Below, piece after piece: positions 24,101 to 39,154 of a DNA stretch of 64,000 nt. A model generated the notes under the pieces. That model saw only the letters and a list, made by a program, of their open reading frames with translations, did no database searches and had not been told where the DNA came from. Within the stretch, counting starts at the first letter, position 1, and every line of letters begins with the position of its first letter. This DNA is from Ylistrum balloti (lineage: Eukaryota), in the NCBI RefSeq assembly GCF_031769215.1, contig NW_026782096.1, positions 1-64,000 on the forward strand, read 5' to 3'. Both the position numbers and the translations under genes were made by a program.

Positions 24101-26839
24101 ATTAATACAAGTTCTGTTTTTGTTCTGTATTCTGTTTAAGGTGATTCCCAAAATTTAAATAATATGATAATAATTTGACTCAAAATCTCAACATCGATGT
24201 GACGTGTCCCCAATAAATTTTGATAATTTGATAGAAATTGATTAATAACCAAGCTATGAAAAGTAGATTATTTCTTAACAAAGTTTTCTTATATTGCCGC
24301 TGTCCGGCTGTGTGTATGTGAAAATCTGTGTCGTTCTGGTCTTCAGATTGAAATAAATTATTTTTGTTGCTTAAAATGATTTTCAAGTTTCAGGATCATA
24401 ATACCTTATTCACTCGCCTCAAAATTCAATATCGCGGTGATATCCATGATAAAATTCAATAATTAAAGTCGAGAAAAGGTGAGTATTTTTTCACAAACCT
24501 TCAAAATCTCGCGCTCGATATCTTTCCTTCAAGAAGATAATACAGACAAGAGTGATTCTGCGAGATTGCAGGTGGGGGCGGGGTTGCCAATATCTGTAGT
24601 ACCTATCTGGCTAGACATTCTTATTTTATAACACCTTATTATAAGGTACAGGAGAAAGTAACCATTTTCACAAATCAGCTAGCATTAATTCATTGTTCCT
24701 ATGTTGATAAGGTAAGCTGGTTAGATTGGATAGCTAAAGTAGCTTCAGGTAAGGAGGTAAAGGTAACTGTGGAGAGCTATTGATTGCTGATGAGTACCAC
24801 ATAATGGCCAATGAAAATAAACACATTTTTGTGTTTATCAATAAGCAGTTGAATTTGAGTCAATTAATTGTAACTTTTGTTTCTGTGTTCAATTATGTAT
24901 AAACATGCAGACAGAATTTACTGTAAGTGGACGAACAAGAGGAGGGGCAACTCTATTCCATTTACTAAATATACCTAGTGACTTTTACAAAAGTTGGTGT
25001 TATTTGCATTGTCAGCTTAACTGAATGAATAAGAACATTTGATCAGCTTGATATAACAACATTATTAAGCAATCTATATCAGTAGTTTTAAATATAAAAT
25101 ATTGATTGATATCGAAAACTTATCCTGTAAAATGTAGTGACATTTGACCTAATTCAACATTATTGTTAGATGTGTTAATGAGAAATATCCTATATTGATT
25201 AGTATCGATCACCTATTTGTAAAGGTATACTATATACCTGGAAAAAATACTAAACGGAGAACAAATTAGACCTTCACAATTGTAAAATGTGCAAATACTA
25301 AATACATTTAATGAAGGATGATAGTCTAGCATATGAATAATTGTGATAACTCTTGTATATTGTAAATAACAAAGCATATCGATTCAACCAAGGTGTATAG
25401 GAAACAGTCTGTAAAAGAGTGGAGATTGTTGACCGCCTTTATGTAAGGGAAAGCTTTGACGATAATCAGTTGTAAGGTCATACTGGTCAATTCCTATGAT
25501 ATCTTATGCACAAAGCTTATCATGATTGTCATTATTTGAACTATTATATAACTGTATAAGCGGCCAATTTCGAAGCCAATACAGGAAGGAAATATAAAAA
25601 CGTGAGTTATTTTTTCTAGGTATGACCAGCTGTAAAATATGTACTTTTATATGAAGGTGATTTATGGCGGAAGAAAAAAAACAGATTCAGAGTAGATCCA
25701 CTTTATATAAGCATAATGTACCCTGAAAATGCTTTTCATTATTTCGAATTTATAATGGTGATGTCGTTTAAAAGAGTTCTTAAGTTTTTTAACATGAAAG
25801 GGGTGTACGTAAAGCAGATCTGTTTGTGAAATTATGATAAAGTAGTGATATAAATTCACGGAATAAACGGAATAAATGGAATAACAAGGACGTCATTAAG
25901 ATATACCTTCAAATAATCGCAAGGGATTTGAATTCGCGATTGGCTCTCCGCGTCGAAAAGAATACCACGCGAAATATCAGTGACTGTTACTCAAGGAAAC
26001 TGTTACATACTTGTTTTCTGAACTTGAATAACCAAAGGTCGATAATGACATTGGTGGTGATGAGTATACTTGGGTCACCGATTACGTACGTCTTAAAAAC
26101 ATGGACTGAAATATAATTTTAATTTACATTTTTATAAATATTTGTGTATCAACTAAATATACATAGCCACCCGAGCTGTCTAAGAATGTTTACATAACGA
26201 AGAGAAACTCCGTGTCAGCTGTTAATTTCGTGGGACTTTTTTAGTCAGGAGGGTTTCCTTAAACAAACACATTTGCGATTAAAAATTCATACGTAAATTT
26301 TATGGGAAAAAAGAATTTTTATTAAAACATAAATTGCTGTTCTAAAAGCTTTGGATTGCTGATATTGTACACCATGTAAACAAAGCTACCTATGCACTCT
26401 GCATAAAAAGACAGTTTTACACGCGAACGTTTATATGATAAATTACGAAGTGGTTTCCATTCTGTTATAGGTTAATATACTCTTTAATCCAAGTTAATAG
26501 TTACATAACATACGTACGGAAACCTGTTGGGCGCATTTCATAGGTTTTAAGTTTCACGATATATATAGAAAAATCAACATCTAGTTACGCGAAATTTTCG
26601 CTTTATACAATGTATCATGAATTTATTGAGTCAAAATGCGATATTAATACATTTTTTCATAAGAAAATCACATTGTAACTCATAATATCACAAGCTTTTA
26701 TTACGAAACTTTTTTTTTTCAACGGGACGTTTGTGATTTTTGCATTTTGGTATTATAAGTCATGTATAAGACAAAGTTGTCAAGGTAACGAACCGTAGAC
26801 TATTCACACAACTCACGGCATATACACTGCCAAACTTAA

Positions 26840-29350
26840 CGTGACTGCCGACCATGACATGATGATTGACCAAGGAGATTTATGGCCCGAAGACGTCGTA
26901 TACAGATCATGGCTTAGCACTAAAGAACGGCAAGATAAATTTGATGACAAAGGAAAAAAAAAGAATAAATCTCGATGGAAAACAAACAAAAGCAGTTACA
27001 GAGATAATCATCATACGAACAGCATTGACTGGTATGAGGATAGTAGACTGTTATGATAGGTTTAACCGAGGTTCTGAAAACTCGTGGCGATATAATCCAA
27101 ACCGTGACGATTTTTACAAGGATATTGACTCGTTCTTATATCTGAAATGCTATCAACATTAATTATGGCATTCTCGATTAGGGTGTGGAACGTATGGAGT
27201 AAATGTGTGTCCGAAATATTACGGGAGACTCATTGCGATGTTATTGCTATCACAGAATATTAACTATGCAATAACTCGTTAGATTATTTCGAAGCCAAAG
27301 ACGTACCATCCGATTTGTGTTAAACAACCAATGGAATCCGTTAAAGATACCGGCGTGCCTTTTCTTCGTTGAAATTCAGTGAGCGCTCTATATTTATTAA
27401 GATTAGCAGTGACTTCAATAAACAAATAGATACAATGCAATACCTACGTGACGTTTTAACCTCTTTTGAAGAGAAAGGGAAAGTTATGTCACTGGAGATT
27501 TTATCATGCTCATTCTTAAGGATCCTAAATACCACATAGCAAAGCCGAGCGCCCTAAAGGCACCATTGATGACCTGAGCCTTTGTGCAGTTCATTACCGA
27601 TGTGCGCGTAACCAAAGTATACGTTTAGATCATTTGAAACAATGTTATATTGTATCACCACTGATCAATCTACTGTCTACAATTTTATAAAATGTTGTAT
27701 AATGGACAGCGTGGAATTAGATCTTGGACCGGACCATTTACCGATCATATCAGTTTTACTTTGATGTCGCGCAACTAGTAACAAAACTCAGGAAAACCAA
27801 CACTCACATTGCATAGCATAGAGCTAGTGTAGATTGTGTGGTTACATACCAATTTCTACTGAAACGCTAAGGAAAATCCAGGAATTTGATCCAACTACAC
27901 AATTTGGTGTGGACGGTTGAATCGGTGAACACAAACCCGACGGAATACAATTTAGGTTATAAAGGGAATGAAACAGAAGCTAAAAATATCTTCAGAAACA
28001 TGGACACAGAAACTTATAATGAATATATGACAAAAGTTAACACTGAACCTGACGAAACTGTTAATATAGATATCCGATCTCTGTGCCGGCAGTACAGTGG
28101 ATGACACCAGTCTCGACCTTCCACTTCATAACAGTTGAAGAATAAGGTACCCCATTCCCGTGTGAAGATCTTAATATACGGGGGATAGATTAAAAACCCA
28201 ACGAGCCTATCTGATATGGCGGTAAAATGGGAATAGAAACAATAATGCTCTTCAACAGTATTCGTTCTACAGGTAATATTCCAAAACCTTGGAAAATAGG
28301 ATTGATAATCCCGATTTTTAGAGGTGGTTTTATAAAAAGATTGTACAAAAGACACAGAAGTATACTATATAATTAGTACCAAGAAATCAGTAGTGCCGCA
28401 TTTACCAATTGTGTTAGATCAAGGTAAGGTGGAGTTATCTCCACTTGTATGTATCTTATCCATATCAATGACCTTCTTGTCGAAATGGGGATCTACCGAT
28501 GTCGGCGCAAGCGTCTTTTCTATCAAATGCTACAATCCGTGCCAATCAGACGATATCGCCTTAATTGCTACAAGTCAAAAAGCATTGCAAACTCTATTAG
28601 ATGTCGCAAAAATAGTTATTCTATAGGATAAATGCTCAGTACTTACATTTCGTGGAAAATGTGTCTACCTGAATTACATAGAAAATCGGCGAAAAGAAAC
28701 TTTACTTTTTGCAATGTCTCACTTACTGTGAAACAGACAATATGTCGAAAGAAACATTCATTCGCAGACTATACAAATACATAGATGGGACTTATCACAG
28801 ACAATTTGAACCAGATGTACTACCTACTTTGGTAAAATATACCCTGATCTGGTATATTTATGATTATGTTAATTGTGTAGTCGCATTCAAACTACAATGG
28901 AAACAGAGTTAGAGGATCAATAGAACAAAAGATCTATCATCCAACAAAAGAAATGCTGACAGTGACTTCACACGATATTTAAGGACATTCAGAAAGTAAA
29001 CAGTACCTATGTTACGTACACCAAACGTCGAGGTGTGTACCGAATGTATAGCAACACAATTCGGCTCTTCATTACCGAGTGTACATCTACTTTTCTCCTT
29101 AGAGACACTTATATGACAAAGAGTGTCACTTCTCAGAGGACAGGCCAAACGTTCAGGATTCGAAAACGGTGTTGTTAACGCGTTTTTATCGCTTTCACTC
29201 ATACAATTGACTGAGGTGATGTTCGTACTGCGAGATAAATATCTTGTTCAAAACAACTGTTTTAACCTGTGTAAATATTCCTACTTCACTGGTGAGGAAA
29301 GAAAATTGATGGTGATGGGACGTTACCGATTTTTGCATTTTGGATTTTAG
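26840..29350 (+). mobile_element. Degenerate APE-type LINE (CR1/L2-like): ORF1 tail, endonuclease and RT remnants
   Basis: LWPEDVVYRSW (ORF1-like), DHLPI (end of endonuclease), LFNSIRSTGNIPKPWKIGLIIPIF (RT start) and SDDIALIATSQKALQTLLDV (YADD box), in the expected order. Confidence 0.75.
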
Positions 29351-32300
29351 AATAGCATGGAGATTTTAAAAACGCTAACCATCATTGATAAATTCGTACA
29401 AAATGTTGGTTGTATCTGTGCCTAATATACCTTTTATGTGTTTCACTCTTATATTGAAATTCATAACAAAGTTCCAAAGTTTTATACACAACATTTCGCC
29501 CCACATCTGTCAAAGATCAACATCTGAGAACCAAGATACTTACGGAGACGAATTAATGTACAGAGACGGATTAATATAAACTGAAAAAAACTTGTTTCCT
29601 AATCCAATTCTAATTCTTGTATTGTTATATTTATATATATAAGAATGAAATAAAGTTTATATCAAAATACTTAAGTATTGAACGAAACTTTTAGATTTAT
29701 TGATCAACTATTCGGTAACTTGTACAGGTTTAAGGGTTTTAACGTAGGAACTGCTCTGTTACTGCTACATTATAATACACACATGTAAATGTCTGTTAAT
29801 GGAAGAAAAAATAATAATTAAAACAAACTGTTGAACTTGTAACATATAAGATAATTTGGGACGACTCCTGTGCCAAGGCGAGTGACAACCTACGAAAGCT
29901 TTACCGAGTAGCCAGAAACAGGCGACCCTGCTAGAGTCAGGTCATGGAAATATGTAGGTAAGCACGTGAGTTACGGAGCGATCGCTTAATGTAATAACTA
30001 CGCTTAATGTAATAATTATTATCAAGTTAACAGTGTTGTGCAATAGATGTGCCTTGTTAAAGCTGCAACCTGATGACATTCATCAACAGTACGAGCCTCG
30101 GGGAAAGCTTTCGGTGATAAATTAGTTACTGCTCACTGATGTAACTACGGAAGAGCGAAAGGACCAAGCAATGATAAAATCTGTTTCGATAAAGAATCTA
30201 ATGAAGGATTTGTAAGTGAATGTATGCTCAAATATGGTGTAGTATGACAAGTTACATTTCTTGCTTTTCACATGTGCAGTGAAACATTTGTACTTGAGCA
30301 TTTTTTTTTTTTTTTTTGCCATTTTCGCATCGAAAGTGTCCCAGGAATACAAGAGCTCATAGTAATAAAAATCAAGCTTTGTGCATAATATTAGACTACT
30401 AAAAGTTTTACATCGGTTTCCGTATACAATTTTTTAATTAATGTATTTTATTTGCTACACAAAAACTACACTATGTCATTATTCTGATGCTAGTCTTTCA
30501 TCTCTCATTCTACGTCTTTTTCTTTTTTTCCCATTTAATGCAAATATGAAAGGTGAGTGTTTACATTAGCCCTGCTTTACTAGAAACCTGCCATAAAAAA
30601 TCACTCTCGAGAATCATCGGGTTTTATCTAAAGAGCGATAATCGTAGAGGTTTACATAGTTTTCTCGTCATTCCTGTAACGGATAAGGAAATTATTATCC
30701 TACAGATATATATATCTTTGTTTGTAACATTAGAAGTGTAGACCCGACTAGGACAAGTTTGATGTCAATCTTCTTTTGTTTTCATCCTTTATCTTCATAG
30801 CGTTGAATTGATTAAATAACTTTCTTAGATATATTTAGTTGACACTAGTATCCAATCTTTGATATTCTTTATCTAATTTCAGTTAAGTGTTATGCTGTTT
30901 TTTCATTCATCAGCATGTTAACAGCCCGTGATGATGTACATGATACAGTACAAAATGATGACAATTTCTAAAACGGAAGAAAAAAGTACTCAGTTTTTTA
31001 GTCCATTATATTTGGGATTTGTTAAACAAGAAACGATCTGCATATTTTAGTTTGGTGTGTTTTGCCGTGGGTATTTGATGTACCTAACATTGATATCTAA
31101 ATACTTTCTGAGATAATGGGCCTACATATTTGATATAATTTATTTTGATAAAAGGTGTGAAAAATATATGAAAGATGGATATGTAAAATGCTCACATTTG
31201 AAATATGAATCCCGTTTATGTAAGGCTGATGAATATTGACCTTTACGCCTGAAAAGTTTATTTCGAAATTTAGTAAATTTTCTGGTTTACCTCTACATTT
31301 TTCTTCCTGAAAACTAAGCTTATCCTAGTGCTTCTATCAAAGTTCAATGTCATACCTGCCACAGCGGCTTAATTTGTTGTTTTTAAACACCGGCCTTTGA
31401 ACCTAGACCGTGATATAGAATAAGTCCATTTAGGTATTAGATAGGTCTGTCATTACAGGTGATATACGCGTTAAAAGGTACATATCGCAAAATTTCGGTG
31501 TGCTGTTTCTTGTACCTTGGCTGGTTGATTGACAGGTTTTCCGTCTCAGCAACTCCTCCTGTGTCCGCAACTGTGGCGAATGTCTGTGTTCAGATGACGT
31601 TCGGGTACATGTGTTACAATTATGGTAATTATCATTACCTAACAAGTGTTAGAGATCACAGATGTCATCAGGGTACATTGACCTCGTTCAACTTTGACCC
31701 TTCACAGCGAAGTCTAACGGAGAGTAGAAAAACTGCGGTAAGCAACCCAGTCTAAAGCACATACGTAGTCCTTCTAGTGGAGCGGATATATCAAACAAAT
31801 GTAGTCATTATGATAAAAGCATGAAACTTAACACAGATGAAATTCATGTCAAAATAAAACTTTGTGGCCTCTGGGTCATGGCGAAAAAACCCTATGACGT
31901 CACTGGAGGCTATTTCCCAGAAAGGTCGCATGGGAAATGGCCGCCAAATATCTCTAAAATTGATCATACAGCTGGGTTTGTCTGGTTTTGTTAGCGATAT
32001 ACTAAGGGTGTTTTCCTTCAAGTCGTCTTGTCAAGCGTAACGTTAAACTATTCGGTATCAAAGATAGTCCTAATATTTCCAGAACCTATTGAATGTAATA
32101 TTATATTATGTTGTATCGGCCTTCCGAAATTTAGGCTCTTAGCATCATTGCCCCTGACGAATCCTAGGACAAACACGCCTTTAAAATGTCATACAAACAA
32201 ATTTGACTGATTTCCTTTCAATATCTATGCACTGTATCTATAACAGAGTATTCATATTCGCAGGAGTGAAAACTAACGATAACAGAGTATATTCGCAGGA

Positions 32301-33291
32301 GTGAAAACTAACGATATATTGATATCTTTATATACAAGTAAATGCGAAATCGTCAAAACATCCATACTATTATAATATATTTCATGCTTCGGCATTGTGC
32401 CTCGTATGCGTGTCTTTTTTCATTTCTTCATATATTTCTTTACATCAGTTATCTCGTCGAGAATTCGCTTTACGCTCCCTCCCCATCTTATCCTGTACAG
32501 TAACTTTCATTTTACTAATACTTTGTCCTATGGTATCATTGGCCGCTTTCCCCCCGTCCATTATACCGCTATTACCTTGTAGATCTGCCTCCATTTTACA
32601 TACTTTTTACGAAGCCGTTTTTCTGCTCCATGTTGTCAACCTGCACTTCAAGTAGCCAGTACAGGTGAGTGTACAAAAACAGGTAAGGACTTAAGTTTTT
32701 TCGATGGCAACGGGCACCAATTGTACACCTTATATAGAGTCATTTTCATATGGGAAAGCATCAATATATATCAGTGAAACTTAAGATGTCAATACTAATA
32801 AATATTCCTCATCCTCATACAACCACGCCAACACATACGTCATGAGACAGACAGACAGATGGACGTACGGACAGAATAGATTTTATGGATATGGTTTTCT
32901 CTTTTTTTTTTTTTTGAATAATATGAATGATATATATTTTTGATATAATATATAATATGAAAATGCAAAAGTTAAGTTGATTTGTAAGTTTATATCTACG
33001 ACTAATAGCTTACCATGTTTTGTTGTCCATCTTGTTGTTTACACATTCAGCACATAGTTCTGTTTTAGCAAGTAATCCGAGTAATTGCAGCGGTAATTGT
33101 GCACATACAGTGTCTAAATAACTTGATGAGTTGCTGTAGTTTGTTAGTCAGAAGTAAAGTCCTTGTGAAACTCCTCTATCTTGGTAGGGGTCGTTAAGGT
33201 AATAATGTAGAATGAGTGTAATTAATAATAGATGTAGTTTTGTATGTGGATGTATGTGGAGTGAATTGTCTGTTGTCTATGATTTGTAGTA

Positions 33292-33418
33292 CAGTCGAAC
33301 CTCGTTATCTTGAAGTCAATGGAACTGTGGGAAATCTTCGTGTTATCCAGATATTTGAAGTTTGGTCTATGCCCACGAATTACTTCAAATTATACACAGT
33401 CTTAACTAGGTTCAACTG
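33292..33418. mobile_element. Tc1/mariner (pogo/Tigger-like) MITE with TA target duplication
   Basis: TA|CAGTCGAACCTCGTTA ... TAACTAGGTTCAACTG|TA. TIRs match at 14/16. Confidence 0.8.
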
Positions 33419-33849
33419 TATCTAGGCCCTGTTGCCATAGAATGTGTAATGTGTGTGTGTGTGTGCACACGTGTGTTTGTTAATAACTGACTTACATTGT
33501 TTTATATAGTCATAAGTAACAATCTTATTAAGAAAACAAGTGTAGGACATTCTCATAAGAATGTTCTTTATCCACACACGTTACATTGATACAATTACTT
33601 GGTCATTTGACATACTTCATATTAACTAATATTCTAATCATAAGATCTTAATGGACACAACACCCACAAATGTGCATGGTTTCTAAGGTAGGAACCGTTC
33701 ACTATACAGAAAATATTACTTTTCTTGATAACACAACTGAACAAAATGAAACAAACAAAAATTCTTTTTGTTATTACCGACCTTTGATTGACATGCCAGA
33801 TAAAACTAGTGGTTTAAAAGTTAGGTCCAAGAGTTCGAAATCATCTCTT

Positions 33850-34550
33850 AGTATATCATAAAAGTTCATTCTCAGTGAATGTTGGTTGTATTTGTGCCTG
33901 TTATACCTTTTATTTGTTTTATTCTAAAATTACGATCCATAACAAAGTCCCAAAGTATAAATGTATGCCTTTCCATCTCACCTGTCGAAGATCAACATCT
34001 GAGAACCAAAATACTTAGTATCAACTCATTCTTTTGGGTATTTTTTGGAGTTAGCCATTCCTACATGTCAGAAGACCAAGTTTAGTCAGGGGTGGAGGTA
34101 ATAACAGGACTTTTCTCACAGGATCCTGCTGCACAAAATATATGTTCTTGTAAATTTTATTTTTCAATAGTCACCTCCAAGATCTCACTCTTTAGACCCT
34201 TAGCATTGCTCACAGGTCCTAGCCTTTTGTACAATGTTTTGGTTACACACTAACATGGGTACTCAAGATTCTAGTGTGGACTACTAGACCTATAATACCA
34301 GAGACGCACAAACGGTCAACACCTTCCAATAAAATTTTAGTATTAGGTATAGTCAAGCAATGAAGTAATCGGGCAATATCCATTATGTAGTGATGTTCCA
34401 GGAAATGATAAACAAAACGAAATAATGATATCAAGAAAAACACAATTTGGGGTAGCAGTTAGCAAGTTTACATGAAAATCCTGATAGATAATCAATTTTG
34501 GTGAAATGTCGAAAGCATTCTCGCAGATTTTCCTAAAATGCAAATATTGA
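33850..34550 (-). mobile_element. LINE fragments, partly duplicated at ~29400-29540
   Basis: 33880-34020 closely resembles 29400-29540 (shared aatgttggttgtat..gtgcct..ataccttttat and gatcaacatctgagaaccaa). YQDFHVNLL near 34.5 kb resembles the GDFN box of an APE endonuclease. Confidence 0.5.
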
Positions 34551-35678
34551 ATTTTCAGGTCAATATCTAAATAATAAAATTAGTACATGTATGTTTCAAG
34601 GTGGTTTGTATACATATAACTTCATCATTATGATATTCCAGGTGAACGGTTTACCTTTATAATGTCTATTATATAAACAATAATACCACCAGCAATGTTT
34701 TTATCAAATCAATAACTAGCGTGAAGTCCTGGTAAATCATTATACTGTCATCCAAGTGACTCTCAGTAAGACACACTGTATCTACTCAGTCCTAATACTT
34801 CTCATATTTAGATGAGAATTGAAAGCTCACCGAAACTCAAGCCAGGTTTCAACAAGTGTATACACCAATAAAAGTCACAGTAAAATCACAGAAAACTTCG
34901 AAACCAAGACAACATTCATTGAAAGGTTCATCAAGTTTTTCATACTTGCATAATTTACCTTTAAATTAATGAATCTGTTGATCCTTGCGTACAAAGTAGA
35001 ATTTTTTTTTTATTGATATTGCATAATAATAGAACTTTTAACGCTGAAACAATAGGAATTGTACCTTTCTTGACTAAATCCTGCAAGGTGCATATCAATG
35101 CGAAAATATTGCGAAAACACAATGAACTATGGAATTCGAAATAAAATACATCAGGATCTCGATTGTTGCTACTAGCCTCTTCATTGTAATGTAAGTATTC
35201 CAATTTCACTTTTTAAGTTTCATATTGAGTCTTAGAAGCATTAATCAAAATGAACTGAAAACTCATTTAAGATACTTTTTATCACTTAATCCAGAAAAAT
35301 TACAAATTTAGATCTTAAAGCAAAAATGTTGAAGTTGAATAAAATGCGGCAGTCATCCTATTGAGGCTTTTTAATCCATGATGCAACATTATTGTCCATA
35401 TTCTGAAATCGCAATTGTTTCCTGACTGGGGCAGCCAATGAAAAGCACCCCAGGGTAGGTAACACTAGTGACATATACTTGGGGAGAATTCATTGGACAG
35501 CGGAAGGATAGTGTGCTAAAATTACCAATAATAATATTTGTCACGGTGTCACTATTCAATAAAAAATGTATTTCATCACGGACTTAAATATCTAATATAC
35601 AAGTCTGTGATTTCATTAATTGGAATAATACGTGATACACCTGTGCATTAATTACACCTCCGAGACTGAATCTCCAAT

Positions 35679-36990
35679 ATGACAATTACTGTTATTGATA
35701 GCAAGCTACAACAATGGTCAAAAAGAATTTTAACACCTATTGGGAGAATCACTGTTCTTAAATCACTTATCATTACAAAAATGAACCATTTGTTTATATC
35801 TCTACCTTCTCCAAGTAAAGAGTTCATACAATCTCTGAAGAAAAAATTCTTTAATTTCATTCGGCAATCTCCAATTGATAGAATAACACGCTCAATAATT
35901 ATTCAAGATTATGGTAAGGATGGGCTCAAAATGATTGATTTACAGAATTTTATGTATGGCCTGAAAACTACTTGGATTAGGAAATTCCTCCTTTCCAAAG
36001 ACAGTGAATGGTCAAACTTGTTGGAAGAAACTTGTGAACTAAAAAAAATAGCAGAATTTGGAATTGTATACATAAAAAATAATCAGTCACAAAACATGTT
36101 CTGGAGAGATGTTTTTGAAGCATGGATTAAAGTCTCAGAAATGATAAATATTAAAAGTTTTGATGATCTTTTAAAATTGCCAATTTGGTACAACAGAAAT
36201 TTCAAGATTGGTGAGAATTCTATAATTTTTTATGACTGGTATTCAAAAAATGTAGTTTTTGTTGGAGATTTGGTTCAAGAGGTGGATTTTTAAGCTACGG
36301 TGACTTTAAAAAGAAATATAATATAACTTTCTACATTATAAAAGTATTTGTGAATCAATCCCAACATTTATGAGAGATAATGATATAAGAGCACATAATT
36401 TATCTATTTAAAAACCTTTTATACCTTTCCACATTAATGTGATATTAGAAAATAAAATAGGAAGTAGGGACATGTACAATACTTTCATTAACCGAAAAAG
36501 CACTAACACAGCAATAGTCAAATGGATATCTATTAACCAGTCATGTTCAAATATTAAGTGGAAAGCAAGTTTTGCTCTCCCTTTCAAAATTATATACAGA
36601 CAGCAGTATTCAATGGGTAATTTTTAGACTTATTTCGAGAATACTTCCTCTTAATCACTATCTAAAAATAATTGGAATTAGACAATGTGATTGATATAAC
36701 CTGTGTAAAGAAATTAAAGAAAACATTGTCAAATAACACAAAACTTCTGGCAGGACATATGCAGATGGATTCACTTAAAAACCAACCAATCTCTTGAAAT
36801 TAAAAAAGATATTATTTTATTTGGTAAAACATCTGACTTTCAAAAATCTATTCCACTCAACATTATTATGATTCATGCTAAATTTTTTATCTACTATACA
36901 TGTAGCTCTAGACAGAAATGAAATCAAAGTTTAATTGAGTTCAAAAAATACTTATCTAATATGTAGGAAACTGACAAGCCAAAGGGAAAA
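35679..36990 (+). mobile_element. 3' part of an L1/Tx1-like LINE ORF2 (5'-truncated, frameshifted)
   Basis: 204-aa ORF with WSKRILTPIGRITVLKSLII, GLKMIDL, LKTTWI and PIWYN, typical of Tx1-clade sequence downstream of RT. Decayed zinc-finger region follows. Confidence 0.85.
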
Positions 36991-39003
36991 TGAAACTGAG
37001 AAGTTTGAGACGATATGGGAACTATGGTAATTTATTTTTAACATTCGACACATACATGTGCAATAAACTTACTAGTATCGTCCTTTTTTCTTCAGATCCT
37101 TCTTCATGTTTGGTAAGCAATCAGGACGTCCATTTAAACCCCATAACCTCCTCTACACAAACATGTATCTGTCTAATGACTTTATTTTGAACGAACCGCA
37201 CACCGAAGAAGAAGCTAGAAATATGTCTCCAGACTTCAATATAAAACGACAGGTATCTTAACATGCATAGTACAAAAGACAGTCGTTTTCTATAACCAAA
37301 CCTGACAAAGGTTAATATTTTACATCATCCCATTCCGCTAAGAGGGGGTGGGGGCACTTTAAAGGTAAGCATCAAGCTGTTTTACACGGATGGTAAACCT
37401 GTGAGACCGGCGGTAACGACCTCAAAATATGGTCGAAAGAACCTTCAAACAATGAAACTAATATATATAAATGGCTATATGTCGTTGATCACGGAAACGG
37501 AACTTGAACTGGAACAGTTTTGTTACCTTGGCAACGTCCTCACAAACCAATTTATCCATAGAAAAATTCAAGAGATCACATAAACACTCTTCATGGATTA
37601 CTTGGAGAAACAGGACGCGTTACACACCATGGCGTCGATGTTTATAGACTCTACCGGTAAACATACGGAAGAAAACTAGAATCTTATAAACGATAGGTGT
37701 GTACGAATACCGGAAGTGCAGTGTTGGCTGCAGACGCAGCAACGTATTTGCGCATGCCCATTTGTTTCTGGGATTTAATTTATTAGCATTTATTAGCATA
37801 ATTGATGGCAGCTGGTTTGTAGCATGTCCATATTAATATCATTATATAGCATAATATAAATAATTCCTCTGTACAATGGCTTAACATAAGTTACTGTAAA
37901 GGGTTATTTTTTCCAATGTTGAACTCTATTTCAACTTAAGTTTCTTCGCAAAAAAATTTCTAAAACAATAGGTTTACCTGCATCTTAAGCTTGATCATGT
38001 GAATACCTGTGACAATTGTGGTAACGATTTATATTTTAAACAATAATGTCTGATGACTTATTACAATTATAGTTTGTGATGCAATAAATTAAATTCCAGT
38101 CCACAGGCTCTTCACCTACAGCGAAAATATCAGTCATTTGATAATAACTTTATGCTGACTTGCAAATAGACAGAATAGTGAAAAATGTTGATTTTGAAAA
38201 CTGACAAAATGTTTGCATATATCTTTAGGTATATACTGCAGGTAAAGCACTGATCAAACCTGTACAACTTCATTAATTTTTATTGCGAAATTAAATACAT
38301 AGGTAGACTGGTTCCAATAATACAAAATAAAAAGAAGAAATATTTTCACTGTTTTATTTCATCAGGTTTGTATCCTTGCTTTCCTTGTCAATGTCTGCAG
38401 GAATGATATCACCACGGCTAGATCACCCTTATACTTTGGTAAGTAATTATGATGTGATGTACTATCTTTTTGCTCCTAGAGAGAACTAAGCATATAGTGT
38501 AACATACACATGTTTGATTTGAGCAATTTAATGTGAGGGTTGTTGTATTCTCATCTCTAAGGCTGACTCAGATTGTAAGGTAGACTTATTCTGCTCAGGA
38601 TGTAGGTCATCAAACTTGGTATACTGGATATTGTTGAACAAATAATTTAAGATAAGGTAAATTGACTTTGAAGAAAACAGGTATTGTTAAACAGTAGGTT
38701 TTCCATAGCTTGATGCATCCAGGAGACCCTAACATGATGATTCATTATCAGGCCTTCAACAACAGTCAACAACTTAATGGTTAAGGGTTAAATTTGAGAG
38801 TTTGTTTTAAAAAAAATCAACTGTATGTATTTATATATGTATTCATTGGCATGAAAATTCATTACAACCAGAAATCAGTGAATGATGAGGTCACCTGAGC
38901 ATGTGTTATTTTCTCCTTAAAGGATGCAAACAACTCAATTACTATTATGTTAGTATTCCAAGTTCAACACAAGTGATAACTATCTAGATTCATAGAAATA
39001 TAC

Positions 39004-39154
39004 CCATTGAAGGCCACAAATGGCATCTCGGACTGTCTTTTCCTTCAGAAGTCAGCAGCTGGATGTTCATGTGTGAAACTAACCACCCACCATCAGCACA
39101 AAACCCCAACATTTTACACCTGTCTACACCTGCACCACAGATACCAGATACTGC
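39004..39154 (-). CDS. Candidate internal exon of an unidentified gene (AVSGICGAGVDRCKMLGFCADGGWLVSHMNIQLLTSEGKDSPRCHLWPSM)
   Basis: ctatttAG acceptor, GTATTT donor and a 50-codon open frame. No family recognised. Confidence 0.35.

Noticed and set aside
24786-24825. CTGATGA...GAAA hammerhead-like match
   Set aside because: No convincing stem II, stem I or cleavage triplet.
30070-30115. CTGATGA...GAAAGCTTTC hammerhead-like match
   Set aside because: The intervening sequence does not form stem II.
32240-32315. Two-copy ~35-39-bp direct duplication
   Set aside because: An ordinary local slippage duplication with no further structure.
38640-39154. Faint resemblance of candidate exons to the N terminus of CPLANE1 or to a WD40 repeat
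   Set aside because: Exon phases are incompatible with the alignment and the similarity is too short to support a gene name.
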